Part shown: positions 11,340 to 21,314 of the stretch, piece by piece
Layout of the letters: every line of letters starts with the position of its first letter
Numbering within the stretch: position 1 is the first letter of the stretch
Assembly: GCA_027623675.1 (NCBI GenBank)
Contig: JAQBVF010000001.1
Coordinates: forward strand, 64,001-128,000
Length of the DNA stretch: 64,000 bases
Direction: 5' to 3'
Source: Chloroflexota bacterium
GTDB lineage: Bacteria; Chloroflexota; Dehalococcoidia; Lucifugimonadales; UBA3495
Notes under the pieces: generated by a model
Told to the model about the DNA's origin: nothing
Database searches by the model: none
Seen by the model: only the letters and a program-made list of their open reading frames with translations
Translations under genes and position numbers: made by a program

Positions 11340-11459
11340 TGGCCGTCCTTTGCCCGGCAGCTTTCAGCCGGCAGTTGTTCACTAGCAAAGATTCTACAGC
11401 ACCCGGTCCGCGTCGGTCTCAGATACGGGTGGGATGGGCTGGCCAGAATCATAAAATAG

Positions 11460-11488
11460 TTGACATTGCAACTTTTTTCCGGTATATT
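11460..11488 (+). promoter_or_regulatory. Sigma70-type promoter for the VOC gene
   Basis: TTGACA-17 bp-TATATT. Confidence 0.65.
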
Positions 11489-11613
11489 AATCCTAATGTT
11501 ACTTGCATCCGCAACTATTTTGCACCCGCAAGTACCTGCAGGGCCGGTAGAAGGCCCGATGATATACTGAATCATCCGATGGCTGTAAAGCCCGGAGGCG
11601 CACGGGAGGGACT

Positions 11614-12141
11614 ATGAAGACACGCGGAATCAATCACCTGGCATTAGTAACCAACGACATGGAAAAAACCGTTCGCTTCTACCGGGACGTTATGGGATTC
11701 CCCTTGGTCGCCGCCATCGGCAACAGGCCCGGCGGACTGAGGGCCAGGCACTACTTCTTCGAGACCGGCCCCAACTCGACCATCGCCTTCTTCGAGTGGG
11801 AGGGCGCCGAGGACTTCCACAAGCCGGCCGGCCTGGAAGCTTCGGGCCGGATCCAGTTCGACCACGTTTCCTTCGATGTGGAGACCGAGGACGAATTGCT
11901 GGAGCTGCAGAAGAGACTGGACGACGCCGGACAGGAAGTGACCACGGTGGTTGACCACAACTTCATCCACTCCATCTACTTCCACGACTTCAGCGGCATC
12001 GCGCTGGAGGCTTCCGTCTGGATCACCAATCCCACCGGAAAGGCGCCCGACTACTCCAACAAGGACATTTTCGGCGACCCAAACCCGGTGCCGGCCCTGC
12101 AGGAAGAGATGGACAAGGCCCGGATGGTCAAGTCCAGTTAG
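11614..12141 (+). CDS. VOC/glyoxalase family protein
   Basis: INHLAL..DMEKTVRFY, DHVSF and HSIYFHD..G..LE motifs. Confidence 0.88.
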   Translation: MKTRGINHLALVTNDMEKTVRFYRDVMGFPLVAAIGNRPGGLRARHYFFETGPNSTIAFFEWEGAEDFHKPAGLEASGRIQFDHVSFDVETEDELLELQKRLDDAGQEVTTVVDHNFIHSIYFHDFSGIALEASVWITNPTGKAPDYSNKDIFGDPNPVPALQEEMDKARMVKSS

Positions 12142-12178
12142 AGCTTTCCCAGCAGCGATCGCCCATAGAGCGTAAAGT

Positions 12179-12209
12179 AGGGGACGGCCAAATGGCCGTC
12201 CCCTTTTTT
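12179..12209 (+). terminator. Intrinsic terminator
   Basis: GGGGACGGCCA-AA-TGGCCGTCCCC hairpin followed by a T run. Confidence 0.8.
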
Positions 12210-12252
12210 GCTGTCCGATATCCTCAGATACACCGACGAGAGAGAGCCACAC

Positions 12253-13809
12253 ATGACACGGAAACCCGACCTGGTCGTCGTCAATGCCAACGTCATCACC
12301 ATGGACCCGTCCGGTCCCCACGCCCAGGCGGTTGCCGTGTCCGGTGAGCGGATCTTGGCCGTGGGCAGTGACGACGAAATAAAAGGGCGGGCGGGACCGG
12401 ATACTCAGGTGATCGACGGCCAAGGTCTCACGCTGCTACCGGGGCTGATCGACTCCCATTGCCATCTGCTGTCGCTGGCCCGCACCACCCAGGAACTGGA
12501 TTGCCGCCCGGACAAGGCGGCTTCGGTGGCGGCCATATCCTTCCGGGTGTTCGAGTGGGCCCGCATCGTGCCGCCGGGCGAGTGGGTGCGCTGCTACGGA
12601 TACGACGACCTGGCCTTGGAAGAATCGCGCCACCCAACCAGGCACGACCTGGACGAAATCTCTCCGCGGCATCCGGTGCGGCTCGACCACCGCTCGGGCC
12701 ACGCCACCGTGCTGAACAGCCTGGGCCTGCGGATGGCGGGAATCACCGCCGACACTCCGGACCCGGTTGAAGGGGTGATCGAGCGGGACGCCGACGGACA
12801 GCCGACCGGCGTTCTGCTTGAGATGTCCGGTTACCTGTCGCAGAGGACCGACAGCAGCCGGACCCGGAACAAGATGCGGCAGGGCGTGGTTGCGGCCAAC
12901 CGCCTGCTGCTGAGCCACGGCATCACATCGGTCCAGGATGCGGGCCCGGAGAACGGCCCGGAACGATGGCAGGCCTTCCGCGACCTGATCGACGCGGAAG
13001 CCCTGCAAACCCGGATCGCCATGATGGCCGGCGCTGGCCGCCTGGCGGAGCTAACGGATTCCGGTCTTGCCTGGGGCTCGGGCGGCGATTCTCTGCATCT
13101 GGGCCACGTCAAAGTCATGTTGACCATGACCACGGGCGCGCTTCACCCCAACATCGAAGGGCTAAGGGAGGCCGCCGCCCATGCCTCCAGAGCGGGGTTC
13201 CCCATCGCCGTTCACTGTGTGGAGCAGGAGGCGGTCATGGCGGCGGCCCAGGTAATATCAAAGCTTCCACCCCTGCCGGCCGGGGTGCCGCCCCACCGTA
13301 TCGAGCACTGCTCGGAATGCCCACCCCACGTCCTGGACGCCGTGCGTGGGAGCGGCGCCGCCGTGGTCACCCAACCTGGCTTCATCCACTGGAACGGTCC
13401 CAGCTACCGGAAGAATGTCGACCCGGCATCCCAGCCCCACCTGTACCCAGTGGGCGCATTGGATACCGCCGGAATACCCACCGCTTTCGGGTCCGACGCC
13501 CCGGTGGCCAACCCCGATCCGTGGCCGGGCATCCACAGCGCCGTCACCCGCCGGGACCGTGAGGGCCAGCCCTTCCCGGAGACCGCCGGCTCGGGACAGG
13601 TGAGCGCCGCATCGGCCCTGCGCATGTACACCCAGTCCGGCGCAGACCTGGAGGGCGCCGGTGGAAACAAGGGGTCCATCACGCCGGGCAAGTTGGCGGA
13701 CCTGGTCTTGGTGGACGCCGACCCACTATCGTGCGATCCCCAGGCGCTGAAAGATATCAAGGCAAAGATGAGCATCGTCGGGGGAAAGGTGGTGTGGGAG
13801 GGGCGGTAG
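12253..13809 (+). CDS. Amidohydrolase_3 (YtcJ-like) metal-dependent hydrolase
   Basis: PGLIDSHCH, HRIEH, GSDAP and GKLADLV motifs. Confidence 0.9.
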   Translation: MTRKPDLVVVNANVITMDPSGPHAQAVAVSGERILAVGSDDEIKGRAGPDTQVIDGQGLTLLPGLIDSHCHLLSLARTTQELDCRPDKAASVAAISFRVFEWARIVPPGEWVRCYGYDDLALEESRHPTRHDLDEISPRHPVRLDHRSGHATVLNSLGLRMAGITADTPDPVEGVIERDADGQPTGVLLEMSGYLSQRTDSSRTRNKMRQGVVAANRLLLSHGITSVQDAGPENGPERWQAFRDLIDAEALQTRIAMMAGAGRLAELTDSGLAWGSGGDSLHLGHVKVMLTMTTGALHPNIEGLREAAAHASRAGFPIAVHCVEQEAVMAAAQVISKLPPLPAGVPPHRIEHCSECPPHVLDAVRGSGAAVVTQPGFIHWNGPSYRKNVDPASQPHLYPVGALDTAGIPTAFGSDAPVANPDPWPGIHSAVTRRDREGQPFPETAGSGQVSAASALRMYTQSGADLEGAGGNKGSITPGKLADLVLVDADPLSCDPQALKDIKAKMSIVGGKVVWEGR

Positions 13810-14023
13810 CCCGCTGCTCTCAGCCGGTTCGCGCCCTCATGCCAACGCGCCGGAGACCCATAGCAAGCGCAGGGATACCAGGCAGCAGTTCTACGGGTAC
13901 CTAAAAAACGGGTACCTAAAAAACCGCATGGATACCAAGCACGACCCCGATGGAACCATACCTTTGCCGGAAGCCGGACACGACCCCCCAAAGCTACCGC
14001 GCGCGTCCGAATGAGACCCGGTT

Positions 14024-15007
14024 TCACCGGCGGCGGGATATCACGTAGCTGGATAGGTCGTCCAGCGAGCGCTTGGGGCCGCAGTCGGGGAGGTCCTGAA
14101 TCGCTTGGCGGGCCTTGTCGCAATAGTCCTGGACCACCCGCTCGCAATCGGGCAGGATGGTCGAGTTGTTGATAACTTCCAACACCTTTTCCAGCTTGGC
14201 GGAATCGGTCGGGTCTTTGAACAGGGCCGGGACCAGGTCGTCGTTGGGGTAACGCTCCATCAGCATGATCGTCGGCAGGGTCAGCACCCCGTTCAGCAGG
14301 TCGCTGCCCACCGGCTTGCCCAGGTTGGACGCGTCACCCTGGACATCCAGCAGGTCATCGCCAACCTGGAAGGCCATGCCGATGTTGTATCCGTAATCGC
14401 GCAGCGCCTGCACCTCATTCTCCGGCGCCCCGCCCAGCAGCGCGCCCGACTCGCTGGCCGTGCAGAACAGAGAAGCAGTCTTGCGGTAGATGCGGTCGTG
14501 GTAGAGTTCGCGGGCTTGGGCCGCGTCGAAGGCGTTGAAATATTCCAGCAACTGGCCGCTGGCCAACTCCATGATCGTCTCGGAGAAGCGGCGGATCACC
14601 CGGATGTTCTGGGTGTCGCAGACGAAGGTGGCCGAGGTGGCGAAAACGTAATCCCCGAAGAGCACCGCCACGTGGGGATTCCAGGTGTTGCTGACCGTGG
14701 ACCGACCGCGGCGCAGGGGCGAGTTGTCCACTGTGTCGTCGTGAATCAGGGTGGCCAGGTGCAACAGCTCCACGGCGCTGGCCATGAAGACCGGCCGCTC
14801 CGGGTCGTGGGGGTGGAACTGGGCCGCCAGCAGAGTTATCGCCGGACGCACCCGCTTGCCGCCCACATCGGTTACGTACTTGAGCAGGGGCTGGACCGGG
14901 GAGGTCTCGGTCTCCGCCAGGCTGCGGAGCTTATCTTCCACCCGGGCCAGTTGGTCCTGGACCGGGGCGTAGATGGAGGCTGTGCGTTGGTCTAGGCCGT
15001 GGAGCAT
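14024..15007 (-). CDS. Polyprenyl diphosphate synthase
   Basis: GGKRVRP, LIHDDTVD..RRG (FARM) and FQVGDDLLD..GK (SARM). Confidence 0.93.
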   Translation of the reverse strand: MLHGLDQRTASIYAPVQDQLARVEDKLRSLAETETSPVQPLLKYVTDVGGKRVRPAITLLAAQFHPHDPERPVFMASAVELLHLATLIHDDTVDNSPLRRGRSTVSNTWNPHVAVLFGDYVFATSATFVCDTQNIRVIRRFSETIMELASGQLLEYFNAFDAAQARELYHDRIYRKTASLFCTASESGALLGGAPENEVQALRDYGYNIGMAFQVGDDLLDVQGDASNLGKPVGSDLLNGVLTLPTIMLMERYPNDDLVPALFKDPTDSAKLEKVLEVINNSTILPDCERVVQDYCDKARQAIQDLPDCGPKRSLDDLSSYVISRRR

Positions 15008-15008
15008 G

Positions 15009-16709
15009 TTACTCGCCGGAGGTCCCGATGCCTAATCTCTCGACCTCTTCTTCGATGATTACCGGGTCCAGCTTAGTATACAGCGGCGAGGGCTGCCGCA
15101 GGCCGGCCCCGGCCTTGATGCCGTCCACGCACGAATCGAACTCCCACACGCCATCTTCCACCGGGCCGTCGAACCCCAGGAATTCGTGGACCTTTTGGGA
15201 GCTGAAGGGCATGAATGGGTACAAGATGGTCTTGAGGCAGTTGATGGCCTGCATGGCCACGGTCAGGCTGGAGCCCGCCAGGTCGCGGTCTTCTTTGATG
15301 CTCTTCCAGGGAGCCTTGGTGTCCAGGTAGCGGTTGGCTTCCTGGGCCAGGCCGAACGCCTGAGTGACCGCCGCCTTGAATCGGCAGTTATAGAGGCTGT
15401 CGCTGACTGAATCCATGGTCTCGCGGGCGGTCCGGAGCAGGCCCTCGTCCACTTCATCCAGGGACTGGACCCCCGGCACCTTGCCGTCGAAGTTCCGGAA
15501 GGTGAAGGACAGCACCCGGTTGACCAGGTTGCCGTAGGTTGCCACCAACTCCTCGTTGTTGCGCCGGACGAACTCCGACCAGGAGAAGTCGGAGTCTCCC
15601 GACTCGGGCATGTTGATGGAGAGCAGATAACGCAGCGGGTCGGGGTCGTACTTCGCCAGGTAATCGGGCAGCCAAACCGCCCAGTTCTGGCTGGTGGAGA
15701 ACTTCTGGTTCTCCAGGCTCAGGAATTCGTTGGCGGGCACATCGTAGGGCAGGTTCAAGCCCTTGCCGTAGGCCATGATGATGGCCGGCCAGATGATGCT
15801 ATGGAAAGGGATGTTGTCCTTGCCGATGAAGTAGTAACTCTTGGTTCCGGGGTCCTTCCAGAAGTCCTCCCAGTTGCCGCCGGTCTTCTCGGCCCATTCC
15901 ACCGCCGCCGACAGATAGCCGATGACCGCCTCGAACCAGACGTAGATCTTCTTGGAGTCGTAGCCTTCGATGGGAATGGACACGCCCCAGGAGAGGTCGC
16001 GGGAGATGGCCCGGTCCTTGAGTCCATCCCTAAGGAATTGCCGGGTGAAGTTCTTGACGTTGTTGCGCCAGTGGTCCTGCTTCTCCACCCACTCCAAGAG
16101 CGGCTGTTCAAAGGCCGACAGCTTGAGGAAGAAGTGCTCCGACTCCCGGAACTCGGGGGTTGTGCCGCAGATGGCGCAGCGGGGTCCGACCAATTCCTGG
16201 GGGTCCAGGGTCCGGCCGCAGGCGTCGCATTGGTCGCCGCGGGCGCGGGTGTTCTGGCAGTGGGGGCACGTGCCCTCAACGTAGCGGTCGGGCAGGTAGC
16301 GGTCGCACTGGGAGCAGTAGGCCAGCAGCATGTTATCGGTGTAGATGTAGCCCTGCTCGTGCAGCGAATTGAAGACGTCGTGGACCACCCTTTCGTGGTT
16401 CTCGGTCTGGGTCGAGGTGAACAGATCGAAGGAGATGCCCAGTTGCTGCCACGACTCCAGGAACATGGCGTGGTAACGCTCGACCACTTCCTTCGGGGTG
16501 ATGCCTTCCTGGTCGGCCCGTATGGTGATCGGCGTGCCGTGGGTGTCGCTGCCGGAGACCATCAGCACTTCGTTGCCCTTCATGCGGTGGTAGCGGGCGA
16601 AGATGTCGGCGCTCAGGTAGCAGCCGGCGATATGACCCAAATGAAGGGGACCGTTGGCGTAGGGCCAGGCCACGGCCACAAAGATACGTTCTGAAGTGCG
16701 TTCAGGCAA
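15009..16709 (-). CDS. metG: Methionine--tRNA ligase
   Basis: PYANGPLHLGH, two Zn-knuckle CxxC pairs, YVWFEA and KFSTS. Confidence 0.97.
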   Translation of the reverse strand: MPERTSERIFVAVAWPYANGPLHLGHIAGCYLSADIFARYHRMKGNEVLMVSGSDTHGTPITIRADQEGITPKEVVERYHAMFLESWQQLGISFDLFTSTQTENHERVVHDVFNSLHEQGYIYTDNMLLAYCSQCDRYLPDRYVEGTCPHCQNTRARGDQCDACGRTLDPQELVGPRCAICGTTPEFRESEHFFLKLSAFEQPLLEWVEKQDHWRNNVKNFTRQFLRDGLKDRAISRDLSWGVSIPIEGYDSKKIYVWFEAVIGYLSAAVEWAEKTGGNWEDFWKDPGTKSYYFIGKDNIPFHSIIWPAIIMAYGKGLNLPYDVPANEFLSLENQKFSTSQNWAVWLPDYLAKYDPDPLRYLLSINMPESGDSDFSWSEFVRRNNEELVATYGNLVNRVLSFTFRNFDGKVPGVQSLDEVDEGLLRTARETMDSVSDSLYNCRFKAAVTQAFGLAQEANRYLDTKAPWKSIKEDRDLAGSSLTVAMQAINCLKTILYPFMPFSSQKVHEFLGFDGPVEDGVWEFDSCVDGIKAGAGLRQPSPLYTKLDPVIIEEEVERLGIGTSGE

Positions 16710-16906
16710 GGAGAAAAGTCCCGTGACGATTTACGGATTTTGTGGGGGTATTCTATCATTGGGGGGAGCGGGGAGTCCAAATAATGTTAGTCACTCATCA
16801 AGGTGCAAATTTACGATTCACGATGATGAAATCAATATTTACAGTACCGTAATTAGAATGGTACGGTGCATTAATCCGTAACTAAATCGGTAAATGAGGC
16901 TGAAGA

Positions 16907-17824
16907 ATGGCACGGCGTAAGATTTCGTTTTATCAATTGCGACCGACGCGGGTGACGAACGCAGGTTGGATATTTGACACAACCAAATTCATTTCTGAGC
17001 TAAACTCTCTCGCGCCAAATAAGAGGAGGGTGTTCCCAGCCAGCGAAAATGGAATGATTGCTGAGGCAATCAAGGACGTCACCCATAATAGCATCAGGTT
17101 CGGACGTTGCAGGAGGATTGGATTACCGTTGATTGAAAAGGGCGGAGTGTTTTCGTTGGATACGGTCGACAACGATGAATCCCGGGCAGAGGCAACACAC
17201 CTCGTATTTTTCAAAGAAAACGTGATTGGTGCCGAGGTCACAAGAGACGGATTACGCCCATCGTCATTGATAGAATATTTGAAGGCTATATCGCCTGACT
17301 TGATGCCAGAAAATAAGCGGTTGCGATGCTCGCCTCTTTATGAAAAAGGGACTCTGGATTATCTAGATTCCGCAAAGCAAGTGCGTTCGGTCGAGATAAA
17401 GTTCGCGGGGTTGCTTCAACCTAGTGTGTCCAACCAGGCAAATCCTGGCCCCGAAGAACAATTAGCGAATATTGCTCGTGGATTCCAGGGGGCTAGAGCT
17501 GGATTCTCCTTGAGCAACCTTGACGGGCTGGATGGCTCTGGTTTAAAAGACTTTGTGTCTAATGTGTTTGGAACCTACTCTGTCTCCGTCGCCAAAGCAA
17601 CAATCCGCCTAGAAGACGATCAAATCACAATTGTCGACCTCATTAAAGGGCACATCGGCACAGAAAAGGACATAGAATTGGAGAACGGCTCATCAGGCTC
17701 AGTCAAACCTTCATCGGCCTACGAAGCAATTATCGAAGCATATGGAGAATTTGAGCACCAAATCATGACCTCTGTAGCCGCTTATCAAGAGGGCGACATC
17801 AATAATCCGGAATCCCTCGAATAA
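16907..17824 (+). CDS. Hypothetical soluble protein (resembles DUF6731/DUF4747-type proteins); gene 1 of an AT-richer insert
   Basis: 305-aa ORF with GAGG RBS and codon usage visibly different from the flanks. The family resemblance is from memory only. Confidence 0.7.
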   Translation: MARRKISFYQLRPTRVTNAGWIFDTTKFISELNSLAPNKRRVFPASENGMIAEAIKDVTHNSIRFGRCRRIGLPLIEKGGVFSLDTVDNDESRAEATHLVFFKENVIGAEVTRDGLRPSSLIEYLKAISPDLMPENKRLRCSPLYEKGTLDYLDSAKQVRSVEIKFAGLLQPSVSNQANPGPEEQLANIARGFQGARAGFSLSNLDGLDGSGLKDFVSNVFGTYSVSVAKATIRLEDDQITIVDLIKGHIGTEKDIELENGSSGSVKPSSAYEAIIEAYGEFEHQIMTSVAAYQEGDINNPESLE

Positions 17825-18309
17825 TGACGGTCTTGTGGGGTTGGTATCAACGCTCCCACTCGCGGGTCGACATTGTTTGGGCAACTGCCCTCGTCGCTTT
17901 AGGTTTTACAGTGTTTCGCGGCCATTGGCAAGCCGAGTCGGTATCTCAAGACACGACTGTGTATGCAACTATTGCAACCATTTCCGGAGCGCTCTTAGGA
18001 TTTGCAATCACCTCAATTTCAGTTCAGCTAGCCTTCTTAGGCGGAAACGAATTCGAAGCCGTTCGAAAAAACCCGGAGTACCTTCGATTGTTCAGCGATT
18101 TTAAGTGGGCAATATTCTTGTTCGGAATCACAACTCTAGTGGCGCTGGTCGGGTTAATGTTCAAAAATCCAGAAGAGGAGATAACGGGATTAGTCTTGTT
18201 ATCAACGATGCTTTGGTTTTCGATATTGAGCGCGGCTAAATTGGCTCACGCGCTTCGAATATTATGGCTTGCAGCAGGCGCCCATGGCATGGCCAGCCGA
18301 GACCAATAA
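17824..18309 (+). CDS. Hypothetical 4-TM membrane protein; gene 2 of the insert
   Basis: 161 aa with four hydrophobic segments. Its start overlaps the upstream stop (TAATG). Confidence 0.75.
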   Translation: MTVLWGWYQRSHSRVDIVWATALVALGFTVFRGHWQAESVSQDTTVYATIATISGALLGFAITSISVQLAFLGGNEFEAVRKNPEYLRLFSDFKWAIFLFGITTLVALVGLMFKNPEEEITGLVLLSTMLWFSILSAAKLAHALRILWLAAGAHGMASRDQ

Positions 18310-18373
18310 TACAGAAGTATGTTCTGAAGTAGGTTGGTCCGTTATTACACGTAATTAACCACATCACCCCCGA

Positions 18374-18402
18374 TTGACAACCCCCACGCCTGCTGATACG
18401 AT
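18374..18402 (+). promoter_or_regulatory. Sigma70 promoter of the ilv/leu T-box leader
   Basis: TTGACA-17 bp-TACGAT directly before the T-box. Confidence 0.7.
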
Positions 18403-18427
18403 TCATCAGTTACATAGTTACGATTTC

Positions 18428-18686
18428 CGCTGGGAACGGGAGTAGTAGGGATACCCTGCCTGAGAGAGCCGGTGGCTGGTGCGAATCCGGTGGCAGTAGG
18501 GTCCCGAACTCGCCCGGGAGCGGCCCGCCTGAACAACGAGTAGGGCGCGGCGGTTGACACCGATATAATGTCTTCGAGTGGCCAGGCGGCCGGTCTAGCA
18601 ACGACGGGACCGAACGCAGGGCCAGAAGAAGGGTGGTACCACGAGCCTATTGGCCCGTCCCTTCCATGGGGGATGGGTTTTTTTAT
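18428..18686 (+). ncRNA. T-box riboswitch, Leu specifier (CTC)
   Basis: Stem I has AGTA / GAGAG / GGTGCGAA motifs and a specifier loop GAA-CTC-G (CTC at 18509-18511). T-box GGGTGGTACCACG at 18631-18643. Terminator GCCCGTCCC...GGGATGGGT plus T run. Confidence 0.9.
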
Positions 18687-18699
18687 TGGGATTTTTTGG

Positions 18700-18789
18700 G
18701 TCCTTCGACAGGCTCAGGTTGAGCCGGGGCAGGCGAGGACAGGATGAGCGTAAGCTTTCGAGTCCTCCGACGGGCTCAGGATGAGCGGG
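18700..18789. repeat. REP-like direct repeats (GTCCTYCGACRGGCTCAGGWTGAGC)
   Basis: Two near-identical copies plus a partial copy between the T-box terminator and ilvB. Confidence 0.6.
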
Positions 18790-18824
18790 ATAGATAAACG
18801 GAATCTGCGGGATAGTGGAATCTG

Positions 18825-20558
18825 ATGGAATTAACCGGCGCTGAAATAGTTTGCGAAAGCCTGCTCAAAGAGGGCGCTGATGTGGTGTTTGGACTGCCCG
18901 GCGGGGCGGTGCTCCCCCTATACGGGGCGCTCTCCAGCTACCCCGGCATCCGCCACATCTTGGTGCGCCACGAGCAGGCCGCCGCCATGGCCGCTGACGG
19001 CTACTCCCGCGCCACCGGCAAGGTCGGCGTTTGCGTCGCCACCTCCGGCCCCGGCGCCACCAACCTGGTCACCGGCATCGCCGCCGCCCAGATGGACTCG
19101 GTGGCCATGGTCGCCATCACCGGACAGGTGCCCAGGCCCGCCATCGGCCGCGACGCCTTCCAGGAGACGGACGTCACCGGCGTGACCTTGCCCATCACCA
19201 AACACAACATGCTGGTGATGGACGTTAAAGATGTGGCCCAAGCGATCCATGACGCCTTCCACATCGCCCGCACCGGGCGGCCAGGGCCGGTGTTGGTGGA
19301 CATTCCCAGGGACGTTTTGCTGGGCGAAAAGACCGAGTTTGTCTGGCCCACCACGACCAAACTGCCCGGCTACAAGGTCCCCGGCGAGGCGCCGGAATCG
19401 CAGGTTGCCGCCGCCGCTGAACTGATCAACAAGGCCGAGCGTCCGCTGATCATGGCCGGACACGGCGTGCTCATCTCCCATGCCTACGGTCTGATGACCG
19501 AGCTGGCGGAGAAGGCCCAAGTGCCGGTGATCACCACCCTCTTGGGCATCAGCTCCATCCCGTCGGACCACGAGCTGAACCTGGGCATGTCGGGCATGCA
19601 CGGCATGGCCTACGCCAACATCGCCATCGACGAGGCCGACCTGATCATTGGCTTGGGCATGCGCTTCGACGACCGGGTCACCGGCCGGATATCCGACTTC
19701 GCCCCCAACGCCAAGATCATCCACGTGGACATCGACGACTCCGAGGTGGACAAGAACGTCAAGACCACCGTGGGGTTGGTCGGCGACCTGAAAGCGGTAT
19801 TGGGACAGATGCTGCCCAAGGTGGAAGCCAACGTCCACATCGACTGGCTGCGTCACATCGAGGAACTAAAGATCCAGCACCCATCGCATCTGGTGCGCGA
19901 TTCCAACGAACTATTGCCCCAGTACGTGCTCCAGCGCTTGACCGAGGTTACCCAGGGCCGGGGCATCGTAGTTACCGGCGTGGGCCAGCACCAGATGTGG
20001 GCCGCGCAGCACTGCAAGTTCACCGAGCCCAATACCTTCATCACATCCGGCGGATTGGGCACCATGGGATTCGAGGTCCCAGCCGCCCTGGGCGCCCAGG
20101 TGGGCCGGCCCGACTCGGTGGTTTGGTCGGTGTGCGGCGACGGCGGCTTCCAGATGACCATGTGCGACATCGCCACCGCCGTGGAGAGCGGCGCCGACGT
20201 TAAATTCGCCATCTTGAACAACACATCCCTGGGAATGGTCCATCAATTGCAGGACATATTCTTCGAGAAGGACTACGTGGCCAGTGAGTATACCGCCAAC
20301 CCCGACTTCGTGAAGATCGCCGAGGCCTACGGCATCCGGGGCATCCGGGTCACCCAGCAAGACCAGGTGGTCAACGCGGTGCAGCAGGCAATGGAGACCG
20401 CCGGACCGGTGATCGTCGACTTCATGGTCAAGGAAGACGAGATCGTCTATCCGTTCATCCCTTCGGGTCAGTCGGTCAAAGAGATGTTGGAAGAACCGGC
20501 GCCCGGGGAACCTTCTTCAAAAAGTTCTTCAAAACGTTCTTCAACAGGGCGTTCCTAA
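18825..20558 (+). CDS. ilvB: Acetolactate synthase large subunit (paralog 1)
   Basis: RHEQ, SGPGATN, RFDDRVTG, VGQHQMW and GDGGFQM motifs. Confidence 0.96.
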   Translation: MELTGAEIVCESLLKEGADVVFGLPGGAVLPLYGALSSYPGIRHILVRHEQAAAMAADGYSRATGKVGVCVATSGPGATNLVTGIAAAQMDSVAMVAITGQVPRPAIGRDAFQETDVTGVTLPITKHNMLVMDVKDVAQAIHDAFHIARTGRPGPVLVDIPRDVLLGEKTEFVWPTTTKLPGYKVPGEAPESQVAAAAELINKAERPLIMAGHGVLISHAYGLMTELAEKAQVPVITTLLGISSIPSDHELNLGMSGMHGMAYANIAIDEADLIIGLGMRFDDRVTGRISDFAPNAKIIHVDIDDSEVDKNVKTTVGLVGDLKAVLGQMLPKVEANVHIDWLRHIEELKIQHPSHLVRDSNELLPQYVLQRLTEVTQGRGIVVTGVGQHQMWAAQHCKFTEPNTFITSGGLGTMGFEVPAALGAQVGRPDSVVWSVCGDGGFQMTMCDIATAVESGADVKFAILNNTSLGMVHQLQDIFFEKDYVASEYTANPDFVKIAEAYGIRGIRVTQQDQVVNAVQQAMETAGPVIVDFMVKEDEIVYPFIPSGQSVKEMLEEPAPGEPSSKSSSKRSSTGRS

Positions 20559-20559
20559 C

Positions 20560-21111
20560 ATGGCCCAGACGAATCACACCGAACAGCACACGCTGATCGC
20601 CCTGGTGGAAGACAAGCCGGGCGTGTTGACCCGCGTGGCCAGCATGTTCCGCCGCCGCGGCTTCAATATCGCCAGCTTGGCCGTGGGCAACAGCGAACAG
20701 CCGGGCCTCTCCCGTATGACCTTCGTGGTCAACGGCGACGACTACACCGTGGGCCAGGTCGCCAAGCAACTGGACAAACTCATCGACGTGATCGAAGTCT
20801 CCGACATCACCAAAGAGTCGATTGTCACCCGGGAGTTGGCCCTCCTAAAGGTCACCACCACCCCGATGACCCGCGGGGAGATCATCCAGATCGTCAACCT
20901 GTTCCGGGCCAACATCATCGACGTCGGCAGCGAGTCGATGGTCATTGAGATCACCGGCGAGCAGGACAAGACCAACGCGCTGAACGCCTTGCTGCAGCCC
21001 TTCGGCATCATCGAGATGCACCGGACCGGCGTGGTGGCGATGGTGCGAGGCCAAGCCAACGGTCTGGCCACCGGATACGCTGGGCGCTGCAACGGCAGCG
21101 TGCACAACTAG
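20560..21111 (+). CDS. ilvN: Acetolactate synthase small (regulatory) subunit
   Basis: DKPGVLTRVASMFRRRGFNIASL ACT domain and RELALLKV. Confidence 0.95.
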   Translation: MAQTNHTEQHTLIALVEDKPGVLTRVASMFRRRGFNIASLAVGNSEQPGLSRMTFVVNGDDYTVGQVAKQLDKLIDVIEVSDITKESIVTRELALLKVTTTPMTRGEIIQIVNLFRANIIDVGSESMVIEITGEQDKTNALNALLQPFGIIEMHRTGVVAMVRGQANGLATGYAGRCNGSVHN

Positions 21112-21152
21112 CGGCGAGACTCCATATATGAGAGAAAGTGGCTGAGAACATT

Positions 21153-21219
21153 TCACCCCCGTCATAACCTTCCCCCGTGAAGTGGAAGGGAGCAACTCTC
21201 CCACGAAGGTGAGAGAGTT
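21153..21219. repeat. REP-like palindromes between ilvN and ilvC
   Basis: CCTTCC..GGAAGG and AACTCTC.CAC..GTGAGAGAGTT hairpins preceded by a CACCCCC tract. Confidence 0.45.
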
Positions 21220-21314
21220 CGAGTGGCGGCGACGGCACACGGCAAACCACCCCGCACCGGCGACAACGGCACACCGCGGCAAAAGTCTAATACTTGGGAA
21301 GGACAAAAGGAAAA

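Noticed and set aside
13860..13960. Repeated GGTACC/GGATACC units as a mini CRISPR array
   Set aside because: Units are only about 15 nt, are adjacent without unique spacers, and there are no cas genes.
18553..18569. TTGACA and TATAAT inside the T-box leader as an internal promoter
   Set aside because: The hexamers are only about 4 nt apart, which is incompatible with sigma70 spacing.
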